Positions 42,344 through 54,760 of a DNA stretch of 64,000 nucleotides are shown in pieces. The notes beneath the pieces are model-generated. The model was not told where the DNA came from, ran no database searches, and was given only the letters and a program-made list of their open reading frames with translations. The position numbers and the translations under genes were made by a program. Source of the DNA: Eledone cirrhosa (lineage: Eukaryota); NCBI GenBank assembly GCA_964016885.1, contig OZ024744.1, positions 77,996,001 to 78,060,000 of the forward strand, read 5' to 3'. Each line of letters starts with the position of its first letter. Position 1 is the stretch's first letter.

Positions 42344-42469
42344 ATTTCTTCAATAATCTTCCTCGGCAACACATTTTTTGGAGCTAACATGTCCTTGCTA
42401 ATGTCTTCCCAAATATGAAGAGACCTTTTTGTTTTTTTTTCAGAATTTTCATTTTCATCTTCTTCAATA
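42344..42469 (-). CDS. HCFC1R1/CCDC117-like exon (DIEEDENENSEKKTKRSLHIWEDISKDMLAPKNVLPRKIIEE)
   Basis: ttcttttctag| acceptor, |GTGAGT donor, 126 bp, phase 2-2, open in frame with both neighbours. Confidence 0.88.
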
Positions 42470-42554
42470 CTAGAAAAGAAAAAATATATATAAAAAAATT
42501 AAAAACATTGTTGTCTCTGATTGAGACAAAGCGAGAGTGTATTTAAATACATAT

Positions 42555-43056
42555 AAACATGAGAAAACTTGTCGCTAGAACAGCTGTTAAAACAGCTAAA
42601 TACTGTCAAAGACAGTGATGAGCAAAAGTGTTTCAGAGGACAGAGACCAGCGGCCAGTGGTCAACAGAGAGACAATCAACAAGGTGGGTGACAGGCAGAT
42701 GAAATATAGAAAAGATTGAAAGAGGGTGACAAGGAGAAGTGTGTTGGTACATAGAAGTGACTGAAAGAGGGATATAAAGAAAGGTGATGTACAAGATAAG
42801 TTTACACACACACATCTACACCCTCATCAGCTCTCAAACCAGCAAAATGGTTTCACACAATTTAATTGGGAATACCGTTTTAGAATGCTGGATCGTGTAA
42901 CACATTTCTCCTTGTCCTCTTCTTTCAATCTTTTCTATATTTCATCTGCCTGTCACCCACCTCATTGATTGTCAACTACTCGCCACTGGTCTATCCTCTT
43001 AAGCATTTTTGTCTTTGACGGCATATGGCAATTTTAGCAATGAGTTTTTTTCTCAT
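42555..43056. repeat. imperfect fold-back element (possibly PLE-derived)
   Basis: ~42675-42745 is the reverse complement of ~42898-42973; similarity extends outward. Confidence 0.65.
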
Positions 43057-43544
43057 TTTAATAAGAATATATTAAAAAAACATATCACATTCTTCACTGC
43101 AAGAATATTAACAAAGATTCTAGCTAAGTAATTTATGAAAGAGAGAAAAATGTTTCAAAATATTTCCAAAATAAAACCATTTCAAGGAGAGTCACAGTTG
43201 TTTAACACCTCCACCACCACCACCCATCAGATCCATGATCGAACACATTCCAACCATGACCATACCATGCTTTTTTTGTATATCAATAACTACTCTAACT
43301 TATGTGAGCTTCCTCTTATTGGTTTACAATCAACCATTACACCATGCATGAGGTCAAGACAGCTGCAAATGGTCCTGTTTGCTTAGGTTCAGCTGGTTCC
43401 TGCTAACAGTACCTGGAAGGGACCAGAGACAGGGACATATGAGGGTGTAAAAGGCAATAAAGAAAGAGAGAGAGTAAAGACAGCTATTAATGTAGTGTTA
43501 TAACTACTTTTGTAAACACACATGGAGATAAACGTTTCAAAAAG

Positions 43545-44040
43545 ACAGTTGATCGAAACTACGGAGTGGGTAGACCAAGAAAAACCTGGGACAAGTGATA
43601 AAAACTGACCTTGCTCACTTACACCTTTCTAAGACAATGTCACTGGATCGGGATTTTTGGCGCTATGCAGTTGTACAGAAGACCTGCCTTCCCTTACATA
43701 CAAAATTAAACCTAGTCAGAAGGCACCTCTTAACCCAATATACACCCCACCCCACACATCCTACTCCATCCTCCCACTTCCATCCACTGTAGCGTCATCG
43801 TGTAGGTGACACGGTAAAAAGCACCCAGCCCACAATAAAGTGGTTATGTAGGAGACATGGTAAAAAGGCTCCCAGTCCACATTGTAAAAGTGGTTGGTGT
43901 TAAGAAGGGCATCCAGCTGTAGAAAAATTGCCAGAAACAGTTCTGTACGAGCGAGACACGGTCCCCCAACCAATCTTGCTTCAAGTGGGACAAACCCGTC
44001 CAACCCAAGCGTGGAAGATGGACGTTAAACGATGATGATA
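43545..44040 (+). mobile_element. RTE family A 3' fragment
   Basis: GVGRPRKTWD..DLAHLHLSKTMSLDRDFWRY, 3' UTR, (GAT)n. Confidence 0.9.
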
Positions 44041-44575
44041 TATCATCATCATCATCATCATCATCATCAACGTTTAACATCCGTGTTCCACGCTTGCATG
44101 GGTTTGGACGGGGGTAGTCCCACTTGAGGCAAGAGTGATTGTCTTGCTCGCATAGGACTGTCTGGCAGGTTTTCTACAGTTGGATGCCCTTCCTAACACC
44201 AACCACATTTACAGTGTGGGTCTGGGAGGTTTTTACCGTGTTGCCTACACGGCCACATTACAGCGTGGACTGAGTGTTTTTTTGTCGTGACACCTACACG
44301 ATCTCATTTGTTTCGGCCTGGATGGTGTGGCACCAACATAACTTTACATAGAACGGGGTGGTGTGGATGGGGTGGGGGTGGTGGTGGTGGGACGGGGTGT
44401 ATTTTGTTAGAGATGCCTACTGGTTGGAGTAGGTTTTACTATATATTTAGGTAAGGCGGGTCTTCTCTGTTACTGAGTACCGCCAAAGGTCTCGGTCCAG
44501 TGACATTGTCTTGGAGAGGTGTAAGTGTGTGATGTCGGAGTTTATCAGCTCGTCCCAGGTTTTTCTAGGTCTGCC
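44041..44575 (-). mobile_element. RTE family A 3' fragment, tail-to-tail with the previous copy
   Basis: Near-identical to 8062-8576. Confidence 0.92.
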
Positions 44576-45029
44576 TATATATATATATATATAAATCTGA
44601 AACACTAATGTCTGGCATCTCACTCAAAGCACCCTCCTCCACTGCTCAATTATGAATCATGCTATGTTAGTGCTGCTGTGCTGTTAATCAATCTTGCACT
44701 ATTTGCTAAGGTAAGATTCTTTTGTAATCTTGGCGATCTAATATTCTCCTTAATGCATTGTTTGGCTTTCACAATTTAAATTTGTGTTTCCTATTCAACA
44801 ATGCTTCAAGCAAGCTATAAAACTCTGTAGACTAATCTAACTTTCTCTCAATACCAAATGAGTAAACATCACTGGTGATGGATATAAAATCCTGAAACAC
44901 TAGTAGCTGGTGTTCTCATGCAGCCACTGTGGAAGCTATGACACAATCCCAGCTTAAAACACCCACAGCATGACATATATATATTTATTATACATCAACA
45001 TATCATATGTGCCTTCATATATACCTTTA

Positions 45030-45565
45030 TTACACCAGACTCCCCCACGGGCTCAGGCCAAGACTGAAGCATATAAATAGTATGTACCATCCCACCCAAT
45101 TCCAAACATCTCCCATGAAGACAAGTTGAAGCATACATCCAGTGGTTTCCAGCCCACACTGTAAAGTGGTTGTGATGGCGACACAACAAAAAGCGCCCAG
45201 CTCACACTATAAAGTGGTTGTGCAGGTGCTATGGCAAAAACTACCCAGTCCATACTGTAAAGTGGTCATGTAGGTGTCACAACGAAAAGCATCCAGTCCA
45301 CACTGTAAAGTGGTCGTGTAGGCGACACGACAAAAAACACCCAATCCACACTGTAAAGTGGTCGTGTAGGCGACACAACAAAAAGCACCCAGTACTCACT
45401 GTAAATGAGGTTGCCGCTAGGAAGGGCATCCAACCAAAATCAGTTCTGTACGAGCAAAACATGGTCAGCTGATCTGGCACTGTCTATAACAGGATAATTC
45501 ATCTAACCCATGCCAGTGTGAAAAAAATGGTCATTAAATAGTGATGGTGATGATGATGATAATAA
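45030..45565 (+). mobile_element. RTE 3' UTR-derived element with 48-bp units (~6)
   Basis: Same layout as 2160-2975. Confidence 0.8.
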
Positions 45566-45856
45566 TGACCTCCTAAAATTTAAATTAACATAGAAAAATG
45601 AAATTAAAGACTGACTACAATTCTCTACTGTTTCTGCCAACGTATGCCATATTGGTAGGTTTTATATAAAATACAATTAGAATACATGCGTGTAAGTAAC
45701 TATAATATTGTTGAATGCAGATAAGCTTACATATCTTGGACGACACTCCGAGGATTTCTAGTTTTAGCTTTTAAGATATTACTGCATGCATCCATTTCTG
45801 CTAAAACAGTATCTGACTGGTTTCTGAAAAAGAATTTCAAAATTGATTATATAATA

Positions 45857-46045
45857 ATTATTTCTACTATTGGCACAAGGCCAGCAATTACCCAGTGTAT
45901 TACTGGTACTTTATTTTATCGACCCCATACGGATGAAAGGCAAAGTTAACCTCGGCGGGATTTGAACTCAGAATGGCAAGGGCCGTAACTCTAAGCATCA
46001 AAGCATGGCGTCCGACTCTCTACCAATACTGCCAATCCATCGCCC
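45857..46045 (-). mobile_element. SINE family 1
   Basis: Full-length match to other copies. Confidence 0.85.
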
Positions 46046-46954
46046 TTTTGATTATATAATAATGTGCATACAAAAGTCAGAAAATAATGAGGTTTATTAA
46101 AAAAGTTCAAGGAAAACCACACTATTAGTGCAACTAGGCACACACACACACAGAGTAATGGGAAAACATGGGAAGGAGATGTAAATTACCATAGTTCCTC
46201 ATCATTTAGTGTCCATTTTCTTTGCCAGCAAGGGTTGAAAAGTTTCATCACAGACGACGTCAGTACTAAAGCAGAGTTATTGATCACTCAGACGAGCCAC
46301 GTGTCTCCATCATCCTTACATACATTTCCACACTACTGCTCTATCGAGTACTCAGACAGGCTAGAGACCTGTATCTTGCTTATATACATTCCTGCATACT
46401 ACTGGGTGCATTTTATCATGGTAGCAGCACTAGGGAGGCTGTCATGTCTTTGACACAACTGAAGAGCCCCCTCCCAACCCTCAGTTCTAGAGAATAAAAG
46501 TTTGTATATATATATGTCATCATCATCATCATTTTACACCTGCTTTTTAAGCAGTTGTAGATTGAACTGGTTGTCACTGTCTGAGACTAGATGGGTCAGA
46601 GAGACCTCATATTGTTTATATGTTCCAAATTTGGCAAGGTTTCTATGACTGGATGTCCTTCGTAATACCAACCACCATACAGAATGTACTAGGTGTGTAT
46701 TATTGTTAAACATTACAATTTTACAGAAATTACAAAGGGCATTTATCATATTATCTTACTGGTTTTAGTCATTTGGCTACGACCATGCTGGGACACCACT
46801 GTCGCTGATCTTAATTAACTATATCAATTCTCAATAGAAAACATATTCATCTTTAACACAGTCGAGTTTACTTCAAATTGCCACTTTTTTAGGGAGTTAG
46901 CTCCCTTGAGAATATATACGGCACAATGAATTTACATTAATGCATGTGTGCGTA

Positions 46955-48125
46955 TCTTGGATTTATGCCAGAACAGAGTATTGTTAATGCTTTCTTACTG
47001 AGGGAATTGCAAAAAAAAAAGTTCCTAGCTAAAAGCAAGCCTCTATATTTAGCTTTCATGGATCTAGGAAAAGCCTTTTACAGAACGCTGATGACCTCGC
47101 ACTTATAGCTGAATCTATGGTAGAACTAGAGAAGAAATTCCAAACTTGGAAGCAGGAACTAGAAAGAAAGGGTCTCAAAGTCAACATGACAAAGACTAAG
47201 GTCCTTGTAAGTAGACGAGAAAACAGAACCCAGATCCCCTCAGGGAAATGGCCTTGCTCAGTATGTAGGAAGGTGTAGGTAGGAACTCCATTCTCTTCCC
47301 CAAATGCAAACAATGGGTACACAAGAAATGTAGCGGGATCTCAGGAAGCTTAATTAAGAATGTAGGCTTCACATGCAGCAGCTGTGCTGAGACAGCAAGC
47401 AGCCACAGGAAACAAGTACCACCAATCTCTGAGAGGGCTCTGTAGAAACAGTAGACAGCTTCTGCTACCTAGGTGACCGAATTAGCAGCGGAGGTGGGTG
47501 CTCAGAAAGTACAATAACTAGGGTAAGAACGGGATGGAAGAAGTTTAGGGAACTACTACCACTGCTAGCTGCAAAAGGCTTCTCCCTCAAAATGAAAGGC
47601 AGACTGTATGATGCGTGTATCCGAACAGCGATGTTGCATGGTAGTGAGACCTGGGCGCTGAAGGTGGAAGACTTACGTAGATTAGAGAGAAACGAAGCCT
47701 GCATGCTCCGATGGATGTGTAATAGTAATATACGCGAACGACAAAGCATAAATGAATTGAGAGAGAGACTGAGCATAAGAGGAATCAAATGCTGTGTGCA
47801 GGAGAGGCGGTTGCGTTGGTATGGACATGTGCTGCGTATGAAGGATGACAGCTGCATAAAAAGGTGCAGAGCACTAGAAGTCGATGGAACCGCGGAGTGG
47901 GGAGACCCAAGATGACCTGGGATGAGGTGATAAAAGCCGACCTTACCCAATTACACCTCTCAAAGGCGATGACACACGACCATGACCTCTGGCGTCACGC
48001 AGTAATACAGAGTACCCGACACCCCCTCACTGCAAGGTGGTCATGGATGTGCCATGGCAAAAAAGCACCCAGCCCACACTGTAAAGTGGACATGTAGGCG
48101 CCACGAAAAAGCACCCAGCACTCAC
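46955..48125 (+). mobile_element. RTE family A copy with internal deletion
   Basis: KSKPLYLAFMDL.KAF joined directly to ADDLALIAES; MKGRLYDACIRTAMLHGSETW. Confidence 0.9.
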
Positions 48126-48159
48126 TTTTGTATGATGTTAACCTTTTTCCTCCCCCAAA

Positions 48160-48895
48160 TCTGTGGAAGTGTTTGTGAAGGAATACCAAATTCCAGATGC
48201 AAAATTTAGAATCAAAAGGCCTCAAAGTAAAACTTAGCAAAATCCAAATGCTTTCATAAGTAAGAAAAAAATGACAATCATGTTGTCATCAGAGTAATGG
48301 CTATGTATGATATATAGGAAATGATCAAGTGTACCCAGAGTAAATTCTAAGTGGAGTGAAATCACAGACAGACTATCAAAGAAAAAAGATTTTTGTGTGG
48401 GAACTGCATTAGGGGTAGTAGTTAAGAGAACCGATGAAATAAACTGTTTCTAGTCTAAGTAAGGTACTGTAGAAGTAGCTGATAGGTCACCTAGGCAACT
48501 TAATTAGCATTAGAGAAAGGTGCTCTGAAGGTATAATAGCCAGAATAAGAATAATGTCAAAGCGTTCAGAAAATTACTATTTTGTTGGCAACAAATGAAT
48601 TATCTCCCTAAGAAAAGATTATATTCTATGATACCTGTGTTTATAGTGCAATGTTGCATAGTAGTAAGGAAAAAAATATGTGAAAGTTAAGTGGTTGTGT
48701 AGGTGTCACAACAAAAAGCACCCAGCACACACTGTAAAGTGGTCGTATAGGAGGAGTCACAATAAAAAGTACCCAGCACACACTGTAAATGCAGTTGGCA
48801 TGAGGAAGACATGGTCACCTGACCTGACTTGCCTCAAACGAGAAACTATCTAACCCATGCTAGCATAGAAAATAGACTTTAAATGATGAAGGTGA
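48160..48895 (+). mobile_element. old RTE relic with 3' UTR
   Basis: Decayed LESKGLKVKL..SAMLHSS sequence followed by 48-bp units. Confidence 0.7.
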
Positions 48896-49764
48896 AGACA
48901 TGTACATATACATTGGTTACACATTTTACATACAAAGTTTGTATATTTCTAGTCGGAAATTTATTACATATTTTTTTAACATATTTATTACAGTTTTTGT
49001 TGAAAGAGACCCGTAAAATTTTCCTGTCCATTCCTTGTTTGTTATCGTCTCACACACATCTTACTAACAGAGTGGTGGTTATCCAATCTTTTGTGCAAAC
49101 TGGCATCACAAGTGCAGTACCAAATTAATGTGTGAATCTGCACAGCAAGGTAAGTTGCATCTTATGTAACAGTGTGCATTTTCTACTGACACTATATCAT
49201 CATCGTTTTTACATCCACTTTTCCACACATGCATGGGTTGGACAATTGTGAGAGTTATGTTTGTCATACTGTTCATACTTTGGCAGGGATTTCTGCCTGG
49301 ATGCCAGTCCTATCACCAACCACCATATAGTATGGACTGGGTGCATTATTTGTGCCACTAGCACCAGAGAGGTTGTCTCACTGGACTCAAAAGTCCTACA
49401 CACTCAAACAGCTGGTTTCTTCAGAAATTCACTCACGAGGAATTGGTTGTCCTAAATTTATAGTTAAGGACATTTGCCCAAGATGCTACACGGAGGTAGA
49501 ACCCAAGACCACATGGTTGAAAAGCTAACTTCTTAACCACACAGCAATGCTTGCACTTCAGAAAATGGGTATGATAAAAGGCCCCCAATTTGTGACAAAG
49601 GTGAGTAGAGTAAAGTTAATTAAAAAAAAAAACACAACACATAACTGTTAGTAATGTTATACTACCACTTGACAATCTTAAATATAACAATAATGGTTTC
49701 TAAAGGAGGCACCAAAATTAGGGGGAGGGGTATATAGATTGTTTCAACCTCAGTACATAACTGG

Positions 49765-50082
49765 TGTAAAGGCTTTGTGGTTAGGGGTATTCAGATCACA
49801 ATCGTAAAGTCGTGAGTTCCATTCTCGGTGGCCTGTTGTGTGTGTCCTTGAGCAAGACACTTTCATGTTCTAGTTTAACTCACCTGACAAAAATGAGTTG
49901 TACCTGCAATTTGAAGGGTCAGCCTTGTCACAACCTGTGTCACGCTGAATCTCCCTAGAACTAGGTTAAGGGTACACGTGTCTGTGGAATGATCTGCCAC
50001 TTGCACGTTAATTTCACGAGCAGGCTGTTCTGTTGATTGTATCAATTGGAACACTCATCGTTGTAACCGACAGAGTGCCAAT
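49765..50082 (+). mobile_element. tRNA-derived SINE family 3
   Basis: tRNA-like head, tgtgtccttgagcaagacacttt core, distinct tail ccacttgcacgttaatttcacgagcaggctgtt. Confidence 0.75.
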
Positions 50083-50569
50083 TACATAACCGGTACTTTA
50101 TTTTATCGTCCCAACTAGAATGAGATGCAAAGCTGACTATACAGGATTTGAACTCAGAAAGGAAAGAGACGTAACAAAATACTTCAAGTTTATAGTTTTA
50201 TTTTGCTTGTTACTCCGCCAATTCTGTCAATGTACCATCCTGATTACTCTGAATTGATATTGTATAAAATACATGATCCTTACCATTTTTCCAATGAAAG
50301 AAACTCCTGATCTTCAAATAATTTTGTTAATAATGAAGAATTTGGAGAGATATAGTAATATAACTAGCGTTCTCATTATGAAGTTGAGTGTTTGGAACAT
50401 AATACAACAAAGATTCTTACATAACATTATGATGGAAGGTTTTTAGATGAATAGACACTTCAGCTATGCCAAAGACATGACAGCTTCCCTAATGTTGGTG
50501 CCACGATGAAATGCACTTTGTCGGTGACAACATGCCCAACCCTTGCTAGCAGGGAAACAGATGTTAAAT

Positions 50570-50759
50570 AATTGTTTCTACTTTTTGGCACAAGGCCAGC
50601 AAATTACCCAGTGTATTACTGGTACTTTATTTTATCGACCCCATAAGGATGAAAGGCAAAGTTAACCTCGGCGGATTTGAACTCAGAATGGCAAGGGCCG
50701 TAACTCTATGCGTCAAAGCATGGCATCCGACCCTCTACCGATACTGCCAATCCACCGCC
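50570..50759 (-). mobile_element. SINE family 1
   Basis: Full-length copy; 'aaacagatgttaaataat' occurs on both sides (target-site duplication). Confidence 0.9.
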
Positions 50760-51073
50760 AAACAGATGTTAAATAATGATGATGGGTTAACTGAATTTAT
50801 TACATCAATAAATTTACAAAGATACAATATATATATATATATTATATTTGTAAATCGAATTTTAGCTGCAGTACAGTAAGTACTATTCTATTTGTTTGAG
50901 GCAATCACAAAGCACTCAATGGATTGAAAGTTAAAAACAAACATTAAGTCCAGAGTTAACACTATAGTTATAAAATGTGACACCAAGAAAACTGACCGAA
51001 GGCACCCACTATACATACAACAAAATTACGATAGATACAGAAAGGTTTTTCATATATATATATATAAACTCAC

Positions 51074-51262
51074 TCTTTTGTTTTATTCATGGCCTGCCAG
51101 TGGCTGATATTTTCTGAACGTTGCTGTTCATCTTGAGAAGAAAACTCACACGTTGATGATCGCGATAAGCAAGAATATGAATCTGGGCTAATGGATAGCT
51201 CTTGTAACTGACGAGCCACTTTCTCTTCTGACAGACAGACTTTGTTGGGAGGTATCTGGAAC
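51074..51262 (-). CDS. HCFC1R1/CCDC117-like exon (FQIPPNKVCLSEEKVARQLQELSISPDSY...QAMNKTK)
   Basis: ttttcttttctag| acceptor, |GTGAGT donor, 189 bp, phase 2-2; KVCLSEEKVARQLQELSI aligns by eye with HCFC1R1 KQFLSEENMATHFSQLSL. Confidence 0.88.
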
Positions 51263-51424
51263 CTAGAAAAGAAAAAAAAAATAGAAATCACTGATAGTAA
51301 CAAAATGAACAGTAAGGACGGTGGGGTTGACATTATGGGTTACCCACAACATACGGTAAAGTAAGGTATTTACAATAGTCATAGAGCATAATATAGGAAC
51401 AGCACACAACTAACTAAAATTTAA

Positions 51425-51632
51425 CCCTTTAGCATTTACATTACTCTAAACTTACTATTGTATTTTCAGGTTAAAGGCTTTACCTCACATAAAATAAAAT
51501 CTATGAGATTTTGATATTATTTATTTTGAGAACAATACATTAACATCAGTATCAGCAGCTAGTTACAAACAATTTGAACACAAAGAGATGAGAGAATTCT
51601 GGCTGGATACAGCTGGTTTAAATGCTAAAGGG
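51425..51632. mobile_element. TTAA MITE copy
   Basis: TTAA flanks and TIRs intact. Confidence 0.9.
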
Positions 51633-51664
51633 TTAATCAAAATTTTTTAGTAAGGTAGATGATG

Positions 51665-52570
51665 ATGATCATCATTGTTTAACATCCATTTTTCATGCTA
51701 GCATGGGTAGATGGGCTGTCCTTTTGTGAGAGATCAGGTCACAGGACCATGTTTGGGTCACACAGAACTTATTTTGGCTTGTTTTCTACAGTTGGATGCT
51801 CTTCCTAACGCCAACCACATTTACAGTGTGGACTTAGTACTTTTTGTCGTGACACCTACACACACATGACCACTTTACAGTGTGGACTGGGAGCATTTGT
51901 CATGACTCATGACCACTTTACAGTGTGGACAGGGAGCATTTGTCGTGACACCTACACAACCACTTTACAGTGTGGACTGAGAGCATTTGTCGTGACACCT
52001 ACACGACCACTTTTCAGTGTGGACTGGGAGCATTTGTCATGACTCATGACCACTTTACAGTGTGGACAGGGAGCATTTGTCGTGACACCTACACAACCAC
52101 TTTACAGTGTGGACTGAGAGCATTTGTCGTGACACCTACACGACCACTTTACAGTGTGAACTGGGAGCATTTGTCGTGACACATGACCACTTTACAGATG
52201 GACTGGGCACTTTTTGTCATGACACCTACAAGACGCTTTTGTCATGACAACTTTACAGTGTGGACGGGGTGCTTTTAGTTGTGATATCTACACGACCAAT
52301 TTACAGTGTGGTATGGGTACTTTTTGTCATGGCACCTACACGACCAATTTACAATGTGAAGGAGTACTTTTTGTCGTGACACCTACATAACACTTTACAA
52401 CGTGAACTGGGTGCTTTTGTCATGACACATGACCACCTAACAGTGTGGACTGGGTACTTTTTGTCATGACACACAACCACTTTACAGTGTGGACTGGCTA
52501 ATTTTGTCGTGACACCTACACAACCACTTTACAGTGTGGGCTGGGAACTTTTGTTGCAACACCTACATGA
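51665..52570 (-). mobile_element. RTE 3' UTR-derived element with ~16 minisatellite units (43-48 bp)
   Basis: Reverse complement of the 48-bp unit; RTE terminus at 51665-51820. Confidence 0.85.
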
Positions 52571-52794
52571 ACATAATTGCAAACATACAGGCAAAGTGGT
52601 GAGAATTGTAATATAAGAAACAAAACAAGAAAACAGAAGGTTTTTCTGGGAGTTCTGAATACACCACATTCAAAACATTTCTCATCTATCTTTACCATGT
52701 TGTTTATTATTTCAATTCCATCTTTTTTTTTTTTTTAATTGTCAATTCTCAGAATTATGAAAAAAGGCCTGGGCAACCTCATTTAGCATGTTTG

Positions 52795-53250
52795 AAGCAG
52801 ATGATTTTTTCCTTCTTTGCTTCTTATTCCTGAGAGGGTTGTGGGGGAAGAGTCCTCAAACACTCCTTCCAACAGGTCCTGTCAGAAGCAACCACCTCCA
52901 ACTGATCCGGCTGGATCCCCAAGCGTGACCAGCCAAGCTCATGGATGTTATCCAAACATCTTGCTTGCTGCCAGTTGATTTCACCCGTAAAATCTGTCCA
53001 GCAATTCTTTCCTGAGACATTCTAACATGCCCACAGTATCAGAGTTGTGATCTCTCAATCCGGAGAAGTAGTGGCTCTACCTGGAGTGACTCTCTGATCT
53101 CCAAACTATGCACTTTATCGAGTAACATTACTCCAAAGACCTTTTGGTGGAATCCCATTTCGGCTTCTTTCCTCACAAAAAATGTTCTTGTTTTTTTCTC
53201 ATGTGTGTGCTATTGTATCACCCTTTATGCAATCCCATGCAGAATGGTCC
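52795..53250 (-). mobile_element. RTE (Expander-like) 3' fragment
   Basis: Reverse complement of 1421-1667. Confidence 0.75.
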
Positions 53251-53354
53251 ATATTCTTCCATCACGCTGTATTTGTAATCTTCACTCAGTAAATAAAGGA
53301 TGATGGCGATGTTATTGTTGGTTGATGTGATGTCTCTTGATACAGTCCCATTAA

Positions 53355-53509
53355 CCCTTTAGCATTTACATTACTCTATATTATTGTATTTTCACGGTAA
53401 AGGCTTTACCTTACATAATATTGAATCTATGAGATTTTTATATTTATTGAGAACAATACCTTAACATAAGTATGTGTGGCTGGTTAGAGCCGGTTTGAAT
53501 GCTAAAGGG
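53355..53509. mobile_element. TTAA MITE, internally deleted
   Basis: Both TIRs and TTAA flanks present; 155 bp. Confidence 0.85.
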
Positions 53510-53574
53510 TTAAGTAAACATTAATCTGATATTGTTGAATTGCACTCCACTCATTGATCAGATGTGTGTATCGT

Positions 53575-54760
53575 TATGATCATCATCGTTAAGGTCCATT
53601 GTCCATGCTTGCATTGGTTAGACAGGTTGTCATGTTAAGAGACAAGTCAGTTCAGGTCAGGTGACCATGTCTTACTCATACGGGTTTGTATTTTAGCATG
53701 GTTTCTAGGGCTGGATGCCCTTCCTAATGCCAACCACGTTACAGTGTATGGGTAGTGTGAACAGAAGTGGATGAGTGGGTGTTGGGGCGTGAGAGGGAGT
53801 GTAATGGTTAAGGGGTACCTACTAGGCGTATGTTTCAGTCCGTGCGGATGCGAAGGCGGGTCTTCTGTATTACTGCATACCACCAAATATCTTGACCCTG
53901 TGTCATTGTCTTTGAGAGGTGAAATTTTGCAAGGTCAGCTCTTATCACTTCATCTCATGTCTTCCTACCCCATAGCTTCTGTTAACTTTGATCGCCCTGT
54001 ACATTTTTTATACAGCTGTCACCCTTCATATGCATTACACGACCATACCAACGCAGTCTCCTCTCTAGCATACTGCATCTGATCACTCATATGCCCAATC
54101 TCTTTCTCAGTTCATGTATATTACTATTACACATTCATCAGAACATGCAGACTTCATTTCTTTCCAATCTTTGCAGGTCCTCTGCATACATGCCCAGGTT
54201 TCACTACCATGTAACATTGCTGTTCATATCCATGCATCATACAATCTGCTCTTCACTCTAAGGGAAAAACCTTTTGTAGCGAGCAGCAGTAGTAGTTCCC
54301 TGAACTTTTTCCATCTAGTTCTTACTACTGTACTTTCGAAACACACTCCTCCACTGCTGATTTGGTCACCCAGGTCATGGAAACTGTCAACTATTTCTAC
54401 AAAACTGTCTGGTTATTTGAAGGAGCTAGTATCCTGTGGGCACTTGCTACTTACTGCATCTGGGCATCGGCCGCATATAAAACCAACATTCTTTGATAGC
54501 CTGCCTCTGATCCTACTACATTTTTTATGTACCTACAGCTTGCACTTGGGACATAGAATGGAATTTCTACCTACTCCTTTCCAGCACACAGAGCAATGCC
54601 ATTTCCGTAAGGAGATCTGGATCCTATTCCCTTTCTACATACTAGGACTTTAGTGTTTAACAAGTTAACTTGAAGACCCTTTGATTCTAGGCCATGCTTC
54701 CAGGTTTGGAATTTCTTCTCTAATTCTTTCATAGATTCAGCTATGAGAGTTAGATCATCT
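53575..54760 (-). mobile_element. RTE family A, diverged 5'-truncated copy
   Basis: DDLTLIAESMKELEKKFQTWKHGLESKGL through to the 3' UTR. Confidence 0.9.

Noticed and set aside
46180-46505. PLE ORF relic (RVSIILTY, CTGAAGAG, AATAAA)
   Set aside because: Suggestive, but too decayed to support without a search.
47085-54760. Shared 5' truncation of RTE-A copies at the YADD motif
   Set aside because: The 47085 copy continues upstream after an internal deletion; remaining breakpoints differ and are too few.
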